DNA of 61,359 nucleotides, filler included. It is 3 parts of 3 records of this genome, joined end to end, with 100 filler letters (N's around TTAATTAATTAA, not from the genome) between each part and the next. Parts side by side here need not be neighbours in the genome. Positions count along the whole stretch, not along the records: positions 30,124 to 51,479 come from SRR20825019_1016; positions 51,580 to 61,359 come from SRR20825019_1036; 1 more part is not named here. One strand, given 5' to 3'. Numbering within the stretch: position 1 is the stretch's first letter; each line of letters begins with the position of its first letter. The notes beneath the pieces were generated by a model, which saw only the letters and a list, made by a program, of their open reading frames with translations, was not told the origin of the DNA and made no database searches. Positions 49,140 through 60,200 of this stretch are shown here, in pieces. A program made the translations under genes and the position numbers.

Positions 49140-50647
49140 AATTTCACCTCCAGGGTGAAATCCTGTTTGGCCAGGTAATCCCGTTCGTTTTCAAGATCGG
49201 CCAGGGTTAGCGGGCGTTCATCCAGCCACCCTTCAGTGAATTCCACGGCCAGACCATTGGTGGACGGGTGCAGGCGGAATTCGGGGGGCTGCTCATGATT
49301 CCGCGGATGCTGCAGTAGCACTGCCAGTCGAACCAGCACGCACAGGTAGCGTAGACGGGGAATGTCTTCGGGGTTCAGCCCGTCGAAAATGGCGGAAGAG
49401 AACTTGCGCCGGTGCCCACGAACCAGGGTTGCCAGATCGCGCTGAAACTGTTGACTGAAGCCGGGTAGGTCGGAATACCGCAGCAGGTAGGCGCCGTGCT
49501 TGTGGTACTGGCTGTGTGAAATGGTCAGGCCGATTTCATGCAGCCGGCAGGCCCAGCGCAGCACTTCTTCATCAACTGCTGTGTTCAGCTCCCAAGTGCT
49601 CGCCACCTGTCTCCAGGCCGCGATGGCGGTGTGTTCCACCGCGCTGCCGTGTTCCTGGTCTACGTGGTAGCGTTCCTGCAGGGCCTGAATTGTTCGTACC
49701 CTTACATCCTCGTGCTGAATCCGGCCGGCGATGTCGTACAGCAGGCCTTCCCTCAGGGCGCCATCAGCGAACGTCATTTCGGTTATCCGCAGCGACTGGA
49801 ACGCGCCCATCAAAATCGCAAACCCCGCGGGGAAGATACTTTGGCGATCGGCGCGGACGCCCAGGTCACCGAGCTTCTCAGCCTTGCCCATATCGACCAG
49901 CCGGGTCCTGAGTTCCATCATCGCGTCCAGGGTGATGGTGCCGTCAGTGATCCTGAGGCTGGTCAACACGCTGGCAATCGCCTTGATTGAGCCGGATGAC
50001 CCTACAGCGCTTTGCCAACCCTTGTTGCGGAAATGCTGACGGATGTTGAGCAGTTCCTGTTCGGCGTGGGTAACGGCCTTATCCATTTGCTTGCGGGTGA
50101 TCTTGCCGTCAGGAAAGTATCGGTTGCGGAACGACACGCAGCCCATGTGCAGACTTTCGAGCTCCTGGGGTTCGAAGCGTTCCCCGATGATAAACTCGGT
50201 ACTACCGCCCCCGATGTCAATCACCAGTCGCCGGCCACTGTCATCCGACAGGGTGTGTGATACTCCCAGGTAAATCAGACGGGCCTCCTCCCGGCCGGCA
50301 ATGATCTCCACCGGGTATCCCAGCACCTCTTCCGCCCGGGTCATGAATTCATGGGCGTTGCGCGCCACCCGCAACGCGTTGGTGCCCACCACCTGAACCG
50401 CCTCCGGTGGCATGCCCTGAAGCCTCTGGGCAAAACGGCTAAGGCAGGCCAGGGCACGTTCCTGGGCGTCTTCGGTCAGACGGTTATGACTGTCCAGCCC
50501 GGCACCGAGCTGTACCTTCTCCCCCATCTTCTCCAGGGTGCGGATCTCACCGTGAACCAGGCGGGCGACCACCATGTGGAAACTGTTGGAGCCCATATCG
50601 ATTGCAGCGAGCAGTTCTGGCGGGGTGGCGGAAGAGTTGGCCGTCAC
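49136..50647 (-). CDS. ppx: Exopolyphosphatase
   Basis: AAIDMGSNSFHM, GREEARLIY, DIGGGSTE, ALREG, LHEIG; GTG start at 50647 assumed. Confidence 0.95.
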   Translation of the reverse strand: MTANSSATPPELLAAIDMGSNSFHMVVARLVHGEIRTLEKMGEKVQLGAGLDSHNRLTEDAQERALACLSRFAQRLQGMPPEAVQVVGTNALRVARNAHEFMTRAEEVLGYPVEIIAGREEARLIYLGVSHTLSDDSGRRLVIDIGGGSTEFIIGERFEPQELESLHMGCVSFRNRYFPDGKITRKQMDKAVTHAEQELLNIRQHFRNKGWQSAVGSSGSIKAIASVLTSLRITDGTITLDAMMELRTRLVDMGKAEKLGDLGVRADRQSIFPAGFAILMGAFQSLRITEMTFADGALREGLLYDIAGRIQHEDVRVRTIQALQERYHVDQEHGSAVEHTAIAAWRQVASTWELNTAVDEEVLRWACRLHEIGLTISHSQYHKHGAYLLRYSDLPGFSQQFQRDLATLVRGHRRKFSSAIFDGLNPEDIPRLRYLCVLVRLAVLLQHPRNHEQPPEFRLHPSTNGLAVEFTEGWLDERPLTLADLENERDYLAKQDFTLEVKF

Positions 50648-51020
50648 GTGTAATGAATTCCTTCTGCCAGGCCCTAAATAGAGGGAAGGGAGCTTGAAAG
50701 ACTGCATGCCGGAAACTCGGCAGCGTTCATGTAACCATTGTTATCAGGGCGAAAGTGGACGTTTAACCACCATGCCTGGGGATTACTATAAGCGATATGC
50801 GGTGTAACGCAATGGGGCGGTATTGCTCAGGATGAGGGTAATCCGAAGTGCCGGGGTGGAACGAAGCGCTTCACATACGCCTGACCAATCGCGTAAAGTA
50901 AGGCTTACAATAATTTAGGAAATCGGTTGCCCCAAGCCTTTTGCGGCAACTGTCAGAACAGTCAACAGCATCATTCAGGCGGCCAGAGCCGCTGTTGGGT
51001 GCACGAATCGGGAAACTGAA

Positions 51021-51347
51021 ATGAGCGGAAATATTGTAAACGTTACAGATGCCTCTTTTGAGCAGGATGTACTGCAGTCAGACGTACCGGTACTGGTCGA
51101 CTACTGGGCAGAATGGTGCGGCCCATGCAAGATGATCGCGCCAGTCCTGGAAGAGATGGCTGAAGAGTACGAAGGCAAGCTGAAAGTCTGCAAACTGAAC
51201 ATCGACGAAAACGAGCAGACCCCGCCCAAATTCAACATCCGCGGCATCCCCACCCTGATGCTGTTCAAGAACGGCAACGTGGACGCCACCAAAGTAGGCG
51301 CACTGTCCAAGTCACAGCTGGCTGCGTTCCTCGACAGCAACCTCTGA
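51021..51347 (+). CDS. trxA: Thioredoxin
   Basis: WCGPCK, IRGIPTL. Confidence 0.98.
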   Translation: MSGNIVNVTDASFEQDVLQSDVPVLVDYWAEWCGPCKMIAPVLEEMAEEYEGKLKVCKLNIDENEQTPPKFNIRGIPTLMLFKNGNVDATKVGALSKSQLAAFLDSNL

Positions 51348-51363
51348 TTGCTGCGAGTTGGCC

Positions 51364-51402
51364 AAAAACCGCCCCTGAGCAAACGCTCACGGGCGGTTTT
51401 TT
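51364..51402 (+). terminator. Intrinsic terminator after trxA
   Basis: AAAAACCGCCC…GGGCGGTTTTTT. Confidence 0.85.
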
Positions 51403-51442
51403 ATTGCCAGGCCAACAACCAATCAGGCGAGTAATGACGAAC

Positions 51443-51479
51443 ACCCCTTCCGAAAATGTGCGGAGCCATGGATGGCGGA
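51443..51479. repeat. Fragment of a dispersed intergenic repeat at the contig end
   Basis: ACCCCTTCCGAAAATGTGCGGAGCCATGGATGGCGGA with a GCCATGGATGGC hairpin core. Confidence 0.55.
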
Positions 51480-51579
51480 NNNNNNNNNNNNNNNNNNNNN
51501 NNNNNNNNNNNNNNNNNNNNNNNTTAATTAATTAANNNNNNNNNNNNNNNNNNNNNNNNNNNNNNNNNNNNNNNNNNNN
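51480..51579. other. Artificial contig spacer
   Basis: 44 N + TTAATTAATTAA + 44 N. Confidence 0.99.
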
Positions 51580-51596
51580 CAGGTCCAGGCATATAT

Positions 51597-53353
51597 ATGT
51601 CCACACCTCACAAGTCTGCTAGCCATGCGCAGAAGGCCACAGGCAATGCGCTGTCGGCTGCACTTTCCGGGTTCTCATACCTTGTGGGTATGTCTTTTTC
51701 AACTAATTGCCTTCCTTTTTCTCACTGGACATTTTAGGTCTTCACGTATTGTCACGAGTGGTGTCCTTTGTACTGAATGTGGCCATCGCGAAGACGGTTG
51801 GCCCTGCAGTATATGGAGTAGCATCGGTTCAATTTCATCTTGTGCTCAACTCGGTCCTGTTTCTAGCTCGGGAGGGATGTAGGAAGGCATGCCTGCGCGC
51901 GACGCGGGCAACCGCTCGTGAACGCGTGGACCTTATGCACTTGACACTCCCTATCGCCATGGGCGGGTGCTTATTGCTGTATTACAGCATGGCGGCCGGA
52001 TGTGATACAGATACAGGATCAGGAGTCTGCGATGGTGTTTACTCCCACGCAGTGTTGGTCATATTGGCTTCCTGCGTGATGGAAATTTTGTCCGAACCTG
52101 TATATGTGCTGCTCTCCGCAGAGATATCGGAAAGGGGCGGTCTTGCAGCACGAGTCCGCATAGAACTAGGCGCTGTTCTCTGCCGGAGCACACTGACATA
52201 CGTGTTGATTTGCCTCGTTGAGTTTGATCAAACCCTGTCATTTGCATATGGGCAACTAGGATACGCTCTATTCCTGACGGGTGGGTTGTATACCTTCTGT
52301 GTGATGCGAGCACGTGGGCCGGTGAAAGATGGCATGCTTTTTGCGGGAATCCGAGACATCTTGCCCCGAATTAGCAGTACCGAACTTAGAAGAGACTCGG
52401 AGATTCTCGTGTTTGCTGGGCAGTTTTCCGTGCAGTCTGTCGAGAAGTTCATCCTCACAGAAGGCGAGAAACTCGTCTTGCTCAGCAGCTTGGCGTCGGA
52501 CCAAGGGATTTATGGACTTGTGAGCAACTTGGGATCTTTGGTTGCACGCTTTGTACTGCAGCCATTGGAGGAAGTCGGATACGTCCTTTTCGGTAGGCTT
52601 CATGGTGATGGCAATGATGCCACTGCCCTTCACATATTGGAGGTTCTGCTCCGCTTGGTGATTCTCCTTGGCGGTGTATTTGTGTCATTTGGCCCAAACT
52701 ATTCATTCATTTTCATTGACATCATTTACGGGTCGACTTGGAGCGCGAGCGAGGCTCCATCGGCCTTGTCGTGGTATTGTGTGTATGTTCTGGTCATCTC
52801 GGTGAACGGCATTTGCGAGGCATTTGTACACTCCACAGCACCTGCGTCGCAGCTTGCATGGTACAATAAGGTTTTTGTACCGCTGGCAATAGCTTATCTC
52901 GGTGTCGCCTACATGTTTGTCCGCTCGGCGGGAGTTTCCGGATTGATAGCAGCAAATACCATTAACATGGTCTCTCGTATTGTTCTGAGCCTGTCGTTTG
53001 TTCTCAAACTATCGAGGTCTAGCCAGTGCAAGCAGGATATTAGTCTAGTCCCCTCGCCATGGGTGATTGCATCATACACTCTGTGTTTCATCGTGACAGG
53101 GTTGTCAGAGCAATATTTTGGGGCAAGAATTGGGCAAGACAGGAAGTGGAGCTTGAAGGCCAAGGCAGGGCATATTGGAGTCGGCATTGTGTGCCTTGGT
53201 GCCCTAGGTCTAGCACTGTAAGTTGTTGATTGTGAGTGATGCCTTCGCTGACCACTTTTCACCCCCAGGATTAGGTTGGAGAGGAGCACCATTAACGGCA
53301 TCAGGTGGATGAGGAGCCTGAAGAACCAACAGGCACATACAAAGGATGATTAA
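51597..53353 (+). CDS. RFT1: Eukaryotic RFT1 (Man5GlcNAc2-PP-dolichol translocation protein); exons 51597-51687, 51738-53217, 53269-53353
   Basis: LSRVVSFVLN, FLAREGCRKA, EILSEP, KFILTEGEK, QGIYGLVSNLGSLVARFVLQPLEE, NGICEAF; introns GTATGT…TTTTAG (50 nt) and GTAAGT…CTGAC…CAG (51 nt) restore one open frame. Confidence 0.93.
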
Positions 53354-53536
53354 TGCCCGTTTCTGCAAGTATCTGCGATCCAGTACCAGCCCAGTCCGAA
53401 GGATGCCAATCTCCAACCACCCCTTCCCACCCCAGTGCGGTAATATCCGCACAAGAGAGGAAAATCGGACCTAAACCTGCTGCAATAATGTCTTGTTATA
53501 CTACATTTTAGTTGTGTTAGGTCGCATCCAGAATAT

Positions 53537-54316
53537 CTAATCCTCCAGCGCACCCTCCAACGGCCAAAAGCAGTCGGTAATAGTCTTGCTAGGAATGCAA
53601 AGGAACTCATCAACTGAGAGAGGAATGCAAATACCGGCACAGCTAGGAATGGGAATGCACTCCTTCCAAAGCATTTCATAACATACAATATTGGAGCCAA
53701 CATCCTTAAGGAAGTCCCTCCAGAACTCACGCCACGGGCAAAGGGCGGTCCAGATACAGCACTGGCAGCATGGGCCAATACCCTTTCCACACGCACCGCA
53801 CCAATCAATTAGGAAAGCGGCACAAGGCCTCAACAGCACGAAGGTGAAAATAATGGGTGGCCGCAGAATTCGCCACAAGCCGTCCAAGATGGGCTGTGTC
53901 CAGTACACTGTGATGGTGCGAATGGGTACAGCCCAGAAGTAGTAAACCATCCAACCACAAAAGCGAAGGACAGAAAGGAAAATGAGAGCTGGGACATAGG
54001 CAAAGAAGGACAACCACTGATAGAAGTAGTATACGAACAGGTTCCATGCGACACAGCAGTGGCAGAGATGGCCACCCCTGTCCATCACAGGCTCATCCAA
54101 AGGAATTTCCGGAACCAGCCTCCACGAGTCATTATAGATGTTGAAGGGCACAACATGCTTGCCAAGCTCCTTGGCGGCTTCAGAAAGCTGGTCCTGTTCC
54201 TCGTCAAGCAGGATGGGCTCCAACCTGACATTGATGATCCTCTCCGCCATATTTCCATTGGTGAAGCCGATTTCTGGCTCCTCAGAAAAGGGTTGGTCAC
54301 CGTGGTGAACCCCCAT
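53537..54316 (-). CDS. Caveolin-like membrane protein, paralog A (259 aa, Cys-rich C-terminus)
   Basis: ATG with an in-frame upstream stop; clear similarity to the 55542-56237 gene; YYFYQWLSFFAYVP-x21-P spacing matches caveolin. The ORF is well supported; the family call is tentative. Confidence 0.6.
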   Translation of the reverse strand: MGVHHGDQPFSEEPEIGFTNGNMAERIINVRLEPILLDEEQDQLSEAAKELGKHVVPFNIYNDSWRLVPEIPLDEPVMDRGGHLCHCCVAWNLFVYYFYQWLSFFAYVPALIFLSVLRFCGWMVYYFWAVPIRTITVYWTQPILDGLWRILRPPIIFTFVLLRPCAAFLIDWCGACGKGIGPCCQCCIWTALCPWREFWRDFLKDVGSNIVCYEMLWKECIPIPSCAGICIPLSVDEFLCIPSKTITDCFWPLEGALED

Positions 54317-55541
54317 GATGTCTGCGTACAGCTTTTACGCTGTCGTGTGAACATAGATATATGAAGCATCCGCCTCGTAACATTCACGACTGGTGGCAAC
54401 GCTCTGTAGCGGGTCAACCGTATCTTGCGTTCCACCCTGGTCCTCGCAAGCCATCAACTCCGCAAACTTCTGGTCTGTAATACGACCCAACAACCCTTCG
54501 TCACGCCTGTCTCCCTCCCCGGCGGCCCCGGGGACCCCGGGACCCTGGGACCCCAGGCCCCTGACGGCTGGCTGGTGGTCACTGCGATGTCTACCTCCCT
54601 CTCGGCCCTTGGACGGCCCGGCCCGGCAAACGCCATAATCGTGGGCGTTGCCACAGCGCAAGGCCTGAGCACGCGGCACGGCGCTCGCTGGCATTGAACG
54701 CATGATGCGTGAGACTCGTCACTGCCGGCCGCAACTACGCAACGCATCTGAAACCGTTTTCCCCGTCGTTGTCGCGCCGGCGGGGCCGAGTGCTGACTGA
54801 CCTCCGCCGAGCCCCAGGCGTGATACGGTCTATGGCGAGATCAAAAATTTTGAATTCGATTGGATCTGGATGATAAACGCTGATCGAGCCGCCGGCCGAG
54901 TAACCGTCAAACGAGCACCCTTCACGCAATCACTCAGTTTGACCAGCCCGTCACCTGAGCCGGCCCTATGCGTGATCACTTCATGCAAATCATTCAAAAA
55001 GTTGCGCAGGCAGGGCGGGGCCCTAACGTAACTTGGGAAACGCCACCGGCCCCCCAGTCGGCCGCGGGGACGCAAGCCGTGTCGCGGCGGCCGGCGCGGC
55101 CGGTTGGGACCGGCCGGCTGCCATCATCGACCAGCCAAGCTGCCATACTGAGTCAGGGGTAGCGACGTAGTAGTCTGTTGGTAGTGCGTGTGCACGGTTG
55201 GTTGCGGCTCCATGATTGGGTATTCCCTGGAGGGACCGTGTCGCTTCCCAGTCGGTTGTCACCTGGGGCCGGGTTGACCCGTCTGGCTGCGAACAGCGTG
55301 GCAAGTGCAGAGCGGGCCAACAAGCGACTATACTCGTGGAGCAGGAAAACTCAGCCTGCTTTCGCCGCGCGATGGAGCTCCGCCGAAGTCACTGCGGACA
55401 GCAACCTGCTGGGACTCCAACACCTCTGCACAATGGAGCTGTGGCCTTTGTGTGGACCGAAGGAAAGAAACTGAGTGAGTAGAGCCAACGTTTATATTTA
55501 TGTAGAAGTCGTACTTCTAGGCAGTCGAGGTAGTTATCACC

Positions 55542-56237
55542 ATGGGGGATGATGGTGGTGACAAGAAGGAGAAGAAGGGAATGTTTGCCCTTGATGAGCC
55601 AACCAAAAAGACTTTGAAGGCTGAGGCTGAGAAGATCAAGCTGGCCCTTCCGGTCCTGAAGCCTATTGTTCTTACGGATGAATGGGACGAGTAAGTGTCT
55701 TTTAAAAAGATTGGGATTGAACTTTTTGTTGTTGTTTGGAAGGGTTGGTGTTGAAAGATATCGTTCATGGCTAACGGAGTTTACAGGCAATCTCCGGAGG
55801 CAAAGGAGCTTGCTTCCCTGCTTGTTCGCCCTGCCATCTTTGAGCGCCTTGCACACACTGTTCCTCGCTACCCGTTGCTCGAGGTTGAGGAGCCTTTTGA
55901 TGAGGAGGAACCCTCCTCTGCTTTGTACATTTGTTTGCAGAGCCTGACCCGGTGGTGGTACTTTATGTATACTAGGCTAGCACTTGGTGCCTACCCCTTT
56001 GCCGTGTTCGTGAAGGAGTTCATTCGCTTCTGGGGCTTTGTGCTGTACTACTTCTGGGCCGTGCCGTGCCGTTACATTAACGTGTTCTTGTGTGGTCCTT
56101 TCTTGGATGGAATCTACCGGTGCTATCGACCAATTATGGTTTTCCTTGTAATTTTGACGCGTCCTGTGGTTCTCATCATTACTGAGTACAGTGCCGCTTA
56201 TTGGTCTTGCCTCAAGAGGGCCAGGGAAAAGGCATAA
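55542..56237 (+). CDS. Caveolin-like membrane protein, paralog B (199 aa); exons 55542-55690, 55787-56237
   Basis: CACCATGG start; 96-nt intron GTAAGT…GCTAAC…TTTACAG; the spliced product LKPIVLTDEWDEQSPEAKEL aligns with paralog A LEPILLDEEQDQLSEAAKEL. Confidence 0.6.
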
Positions 56238-57283
56238 GCTTTATATATATGTAATAATAACACGCAAACAATAGTGGAAGTGTTGAAGTGTTGCATGACG
56301 TGAAGATGTTAGAGTGCCCAGGTTTAAGAAGGTTTGTGGTGGGGGTTTCCTAAGAGGGTGGCAGGAAGGATGGGCGCCTTATCAAAGTTTCGGGGTGTCT
56401 TAAACCCGAGACGGTTAAAGCATCATTCATTCCTTTCATACCCCCGTCAAAGAGGACGGTGGTTTTTCGTTCTTTTAGCCACTCTTGGCTTCCTTTACAA
56501 TAGATGAATACGGTGTCCACCTAACCAAAAAGTGCGTCGCAAACTTGCCCTCCTGCTAGTCTAGTGGCCACCTTCGGTTCCCTCCAGTTGGTACTCGTCT
56601 CGTCATAGTTGGTGGCCACCACCAATGAACGTATGCACTGGACGTAACTTGAATCTCACTCACACGGCGCTGCCCTCCCTCAGTCAGTATCGCGGCGACG
56701 GCCCATCGCCGCCGGCCCCTGGGCACGCGCGGGCCGAACCAACATCGCCATGGCGGGCCCCGCGGTGGCGAGGTGTCGGGAGGCCGTCCTGGTGGTGCCC
56801 GTCGCGGGCCCGCGGCGGCGGCGCGAGCCCGTGACCGCGCCGGCTGGTCGGACGCTGAGTTGGGCCACGGCGGGGCGGGGGAACCCACACTGACCCAAGA
56901 TCGTATACATATGTCAATAGGGAGCTCATCTTTTTTCTTGAACAATTGTTCGTAATTTAGTTGTTGTTTCTTAATGGAGTAGGAAAGATTTTGTGATCTT
57001 TCACTCCACCCGGCCTGACTAACACGAGGAGTCTGACGGTCGCACTGACCATCCATTCTCACATGGTGGCCCCAGCGCCTGACGGGGACCGGACAAGGTT
57101 GGGAAAACCGGGCGGGCTGAGTTGGACGCGGGCCCGTCCTTGACCGGACTGTCCGATGGACCCAAACCACCCTGATCGGCCCGGTTGCGATGTTGGGGGT
57201 GCTACACATGGGGGAGAAGCATGCGTTCCTAAATATGTGTACGACTACAAAGCATATGCCATTTCGTGAGAGGAATGAGGTCC

Positions 57284-60200
57284 ATGAAGTCCTCACTAAA
57301 GCTCTCGCCCGGGTTGGTGGTGGGGTTGGTCCTCTTTTCCGCCTTGGGAGTCGAGGCTGTGCAGCTGAGGCAAGGAGTCAGAAAGTTCCGTGAACTACAC
57401 GACCCTAAGTCATCTTCTGTTGGAGTTGAGGGAGCCGACTGGGACATTTCAGCAGAGAATAAGGCTTTGTATGATGATCAGGAGAGGTTCGTTTTCACCT
57501 GCACTGGGACTGAAGCAAAGGCACCGAAAACTTTCCCTTCTAAATTTCTGGAGTGCTGTCAACCTGTACACTGGTTGATACCTCGCAAACTTGACGCAGA
57601 TAAGGACAGTATCAAGGATAGTGACTTGTCTGCAGATTACGCTAGAGCTCATGATGCTGGACTGGAATGGCTACAGCAGCAGGTTCTACGAGATCCGTTT
57701 GAGACTTACAGTCGTGAGTGCTTGGAGGCTATCACAGAAGTCAAGTGCTTAGGTTTCAGGCGTTGTGATGGTGACAATGTGCAGCATGTATGTGCGAAGT
57801 CTTGCAATTATGTGCAGAAGGTTTGTGCCAAACACATGGACGCCATTATTTTCCCCGCTTTTAAGGACTGCAATAACACTGAGTTCTGGGATCAAGGTAA
57901 TGAGAATTGTCTTACAAGGGAAGCTCTCGGCGGGGATGCTTGGGAGGTGCCTGACAGATGCGTTGCGCCCCAAGACCTGCGGCATAAGGACATTGCCGCG
58001 TTTGAAGAAAATAAGGAAAATGCACTGGCTGGTTTTAAGCCTGGGGACGATGAGTTGACGGAGGAGAAGGCGTTGGAAGTTGTTCACGCACTCCAGAACC
58101 TCCTGGTGCATATTTTCTCCGTGTCATATCACGGTGCCCAAGACGGATGGGTTAGGGATACCGTCAATGATGCCAACGGCATTCATCAGGAAGTAGTGTC
58201 AAAGGAGGATGAAGTTTGGGAGCTGGAGGAAACTTTGAAGCAGTATTTGTCCGACATTGATGCGATGATGAGCGACAGCGCGAACAAGAATATTATGGAC
58301 ATGCTTCAAACAGCACAATCACATGTTGCTGCCGCAATATCACATCTAGACATCGCGGCAGAACACAGGGCGGAATTTGGTCATCACCTTGCCAATATGA
58401 TTATGAAATCCAGAATTCCACACAAACTGCCCAAACCCATTAACAAGCTGCCATCGACTATTCCCTTGTCGAAGATGCCGGCTCAAGAAGCCGCATCTAA
58501 TGCTGCGGCTCCAACTGAAAAGGGAGAAAAGAAACCCGGAAGCCCAAGTATCAAAACTCCAAAGCAAGCTGGGGCTGGTTCTTTGGCAGTGACTCCTTCA
58601 CCTGTGGAGCCAGTCGATTCGCCCTCTAGTGGATCTGGCAATAACCAAGGCGATGTCAGGAATCTTGGCGAACTAGATCCGCCCGACAGGTTTTCCGGGC
58701 AGGGTGAGAGTGAAGGCACGTCAAGAAACGAAGAGAATGTTGATGGCATGGATCGCCCTGAGGCCACAGTTTCTAGTGGAGCGAGCAACTCGGAATCAGG
58801 CATTCCTGGATCAAAGGGGAGCTCAGCAACCGGAAGCCAGGCCAATAGCCCAGGAAGCGCCACAGAACCTTCCCTTTCAAAGATTATTCAGATCTCCAAT
58901 GCTGTTTTGAAGGGTCTGAATGAGGAGAGGGCAAAGTGTCTTCCTGTTCCGCTGACGAATATCGTGCAAGTGTTCCCTGTTACGCAGCCAGTACTCGTTG
59001 AAAAGAATTCATGGAGTGTGCACGTGTCGTTCGGGCAAGGTGTTACAAAGGTCATGTATGAGGACAACGATAGTTCCATTGACCAGCTGAAATTTGATCC
59101 ATCTCCTTGCCAACTGGACAGCAACCAAGGGGACGGAGTGACAGAAATTGGAACGGAGGAGGTGGATGTCAAAAATGCCGCAGCTGCAGCTATTAATTTG
59201 TTCAACTCTGCCCGTGGCAACTGCGCTCCTACCCGGAAACCCATCGATCCTACTACGGTTGTTCTGGAGGCTTCTGAGGTGCAAATTGTCCGAGGTCGTA
59301 TTGTGTATCTCCAGCTTAGAATGACGGATCCGGAGACAAAATCAGTGTTTATTCAGAAGTTGCAATTGTGGTATAAGCCTGATGGCTCTATGGTGCTTGA
59401 AGCGGGTGATCCCGGCTTGTGTGGAGGGTCTGATCCGGCCCCGGCACTTGACGAAACCGTAAAAGCAGCGACGCCCTCTAAAGCGATCGAACATTCTATG
59501 CATACTTGGGACCGCCGATTCTACGACCAGTTCCATGGCCCAGACCGTGCATTGCCAACACTGAGTATGTCCGAGGCTATGTGGACCATTGCTTCTCAAG
59601 AAAATGACGATGAGGACATCCCGATGACAGTAATTGAAGATCTTCCCGATTCATTTGACATTCGTCAAGGCGAAAACACCAAAGAATGCGTTCGGGGCCC
59701 AGGCAATCAAGGCGTGTGCGGATCTTGTTGGGCATTTTCGTCAACATTCGTTCTTGCGGAAAGGTATTGCGTCCAATCAGGAGGTAAAATCAATGTACAC
59801 CTCTCTCCTCAGGACGCTCTTGAGTGTAACACTATGCCCGGGGCTATGCATTGTTGTGGAGGTCAGCCTTACGAATCGTGGCAATTCTTGTCACAGGTTG
59901 GTGTTCGTGAGGAGAGATGCGTACCTTACAAGGACTCCGGCACGGTATGTCCGATGTCTGGGTCTGGTGGCATGCAAAACAAGATTCAGCGCACCTGTTT
60001 AGAGACCTTCAGCGACAAGTCGTGTGTGAGGTACCGTGCGGTGGGAGGCATGAGCGGTGCAGCTGCTGGTAGTCGTGTAAAGCGCCAGGGTCGTTTGGCG
60101 AAGCGTGAAGACTATGTCGCACGGAAGTCAAGCACATTCACTCGCGATCTTAATGCTGATACCCCAGAGTACCGGGAGCTCGAACGTATTGTAATGACGG

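Noticed and set aside
54335-55482. Many short ORFs and GGGACCCC micro-repeats between the paired genes
   Set aside because: Low-complexity GC-rich promoter/UTR-like sequence; translations are Arg/Pro/Gly-rich with no family signal
56556-57296. 246-aa minus-strand ORF
   Set aside because: Runs through a GC-rich stretch, low-complexity translation, and overlaps the protease start
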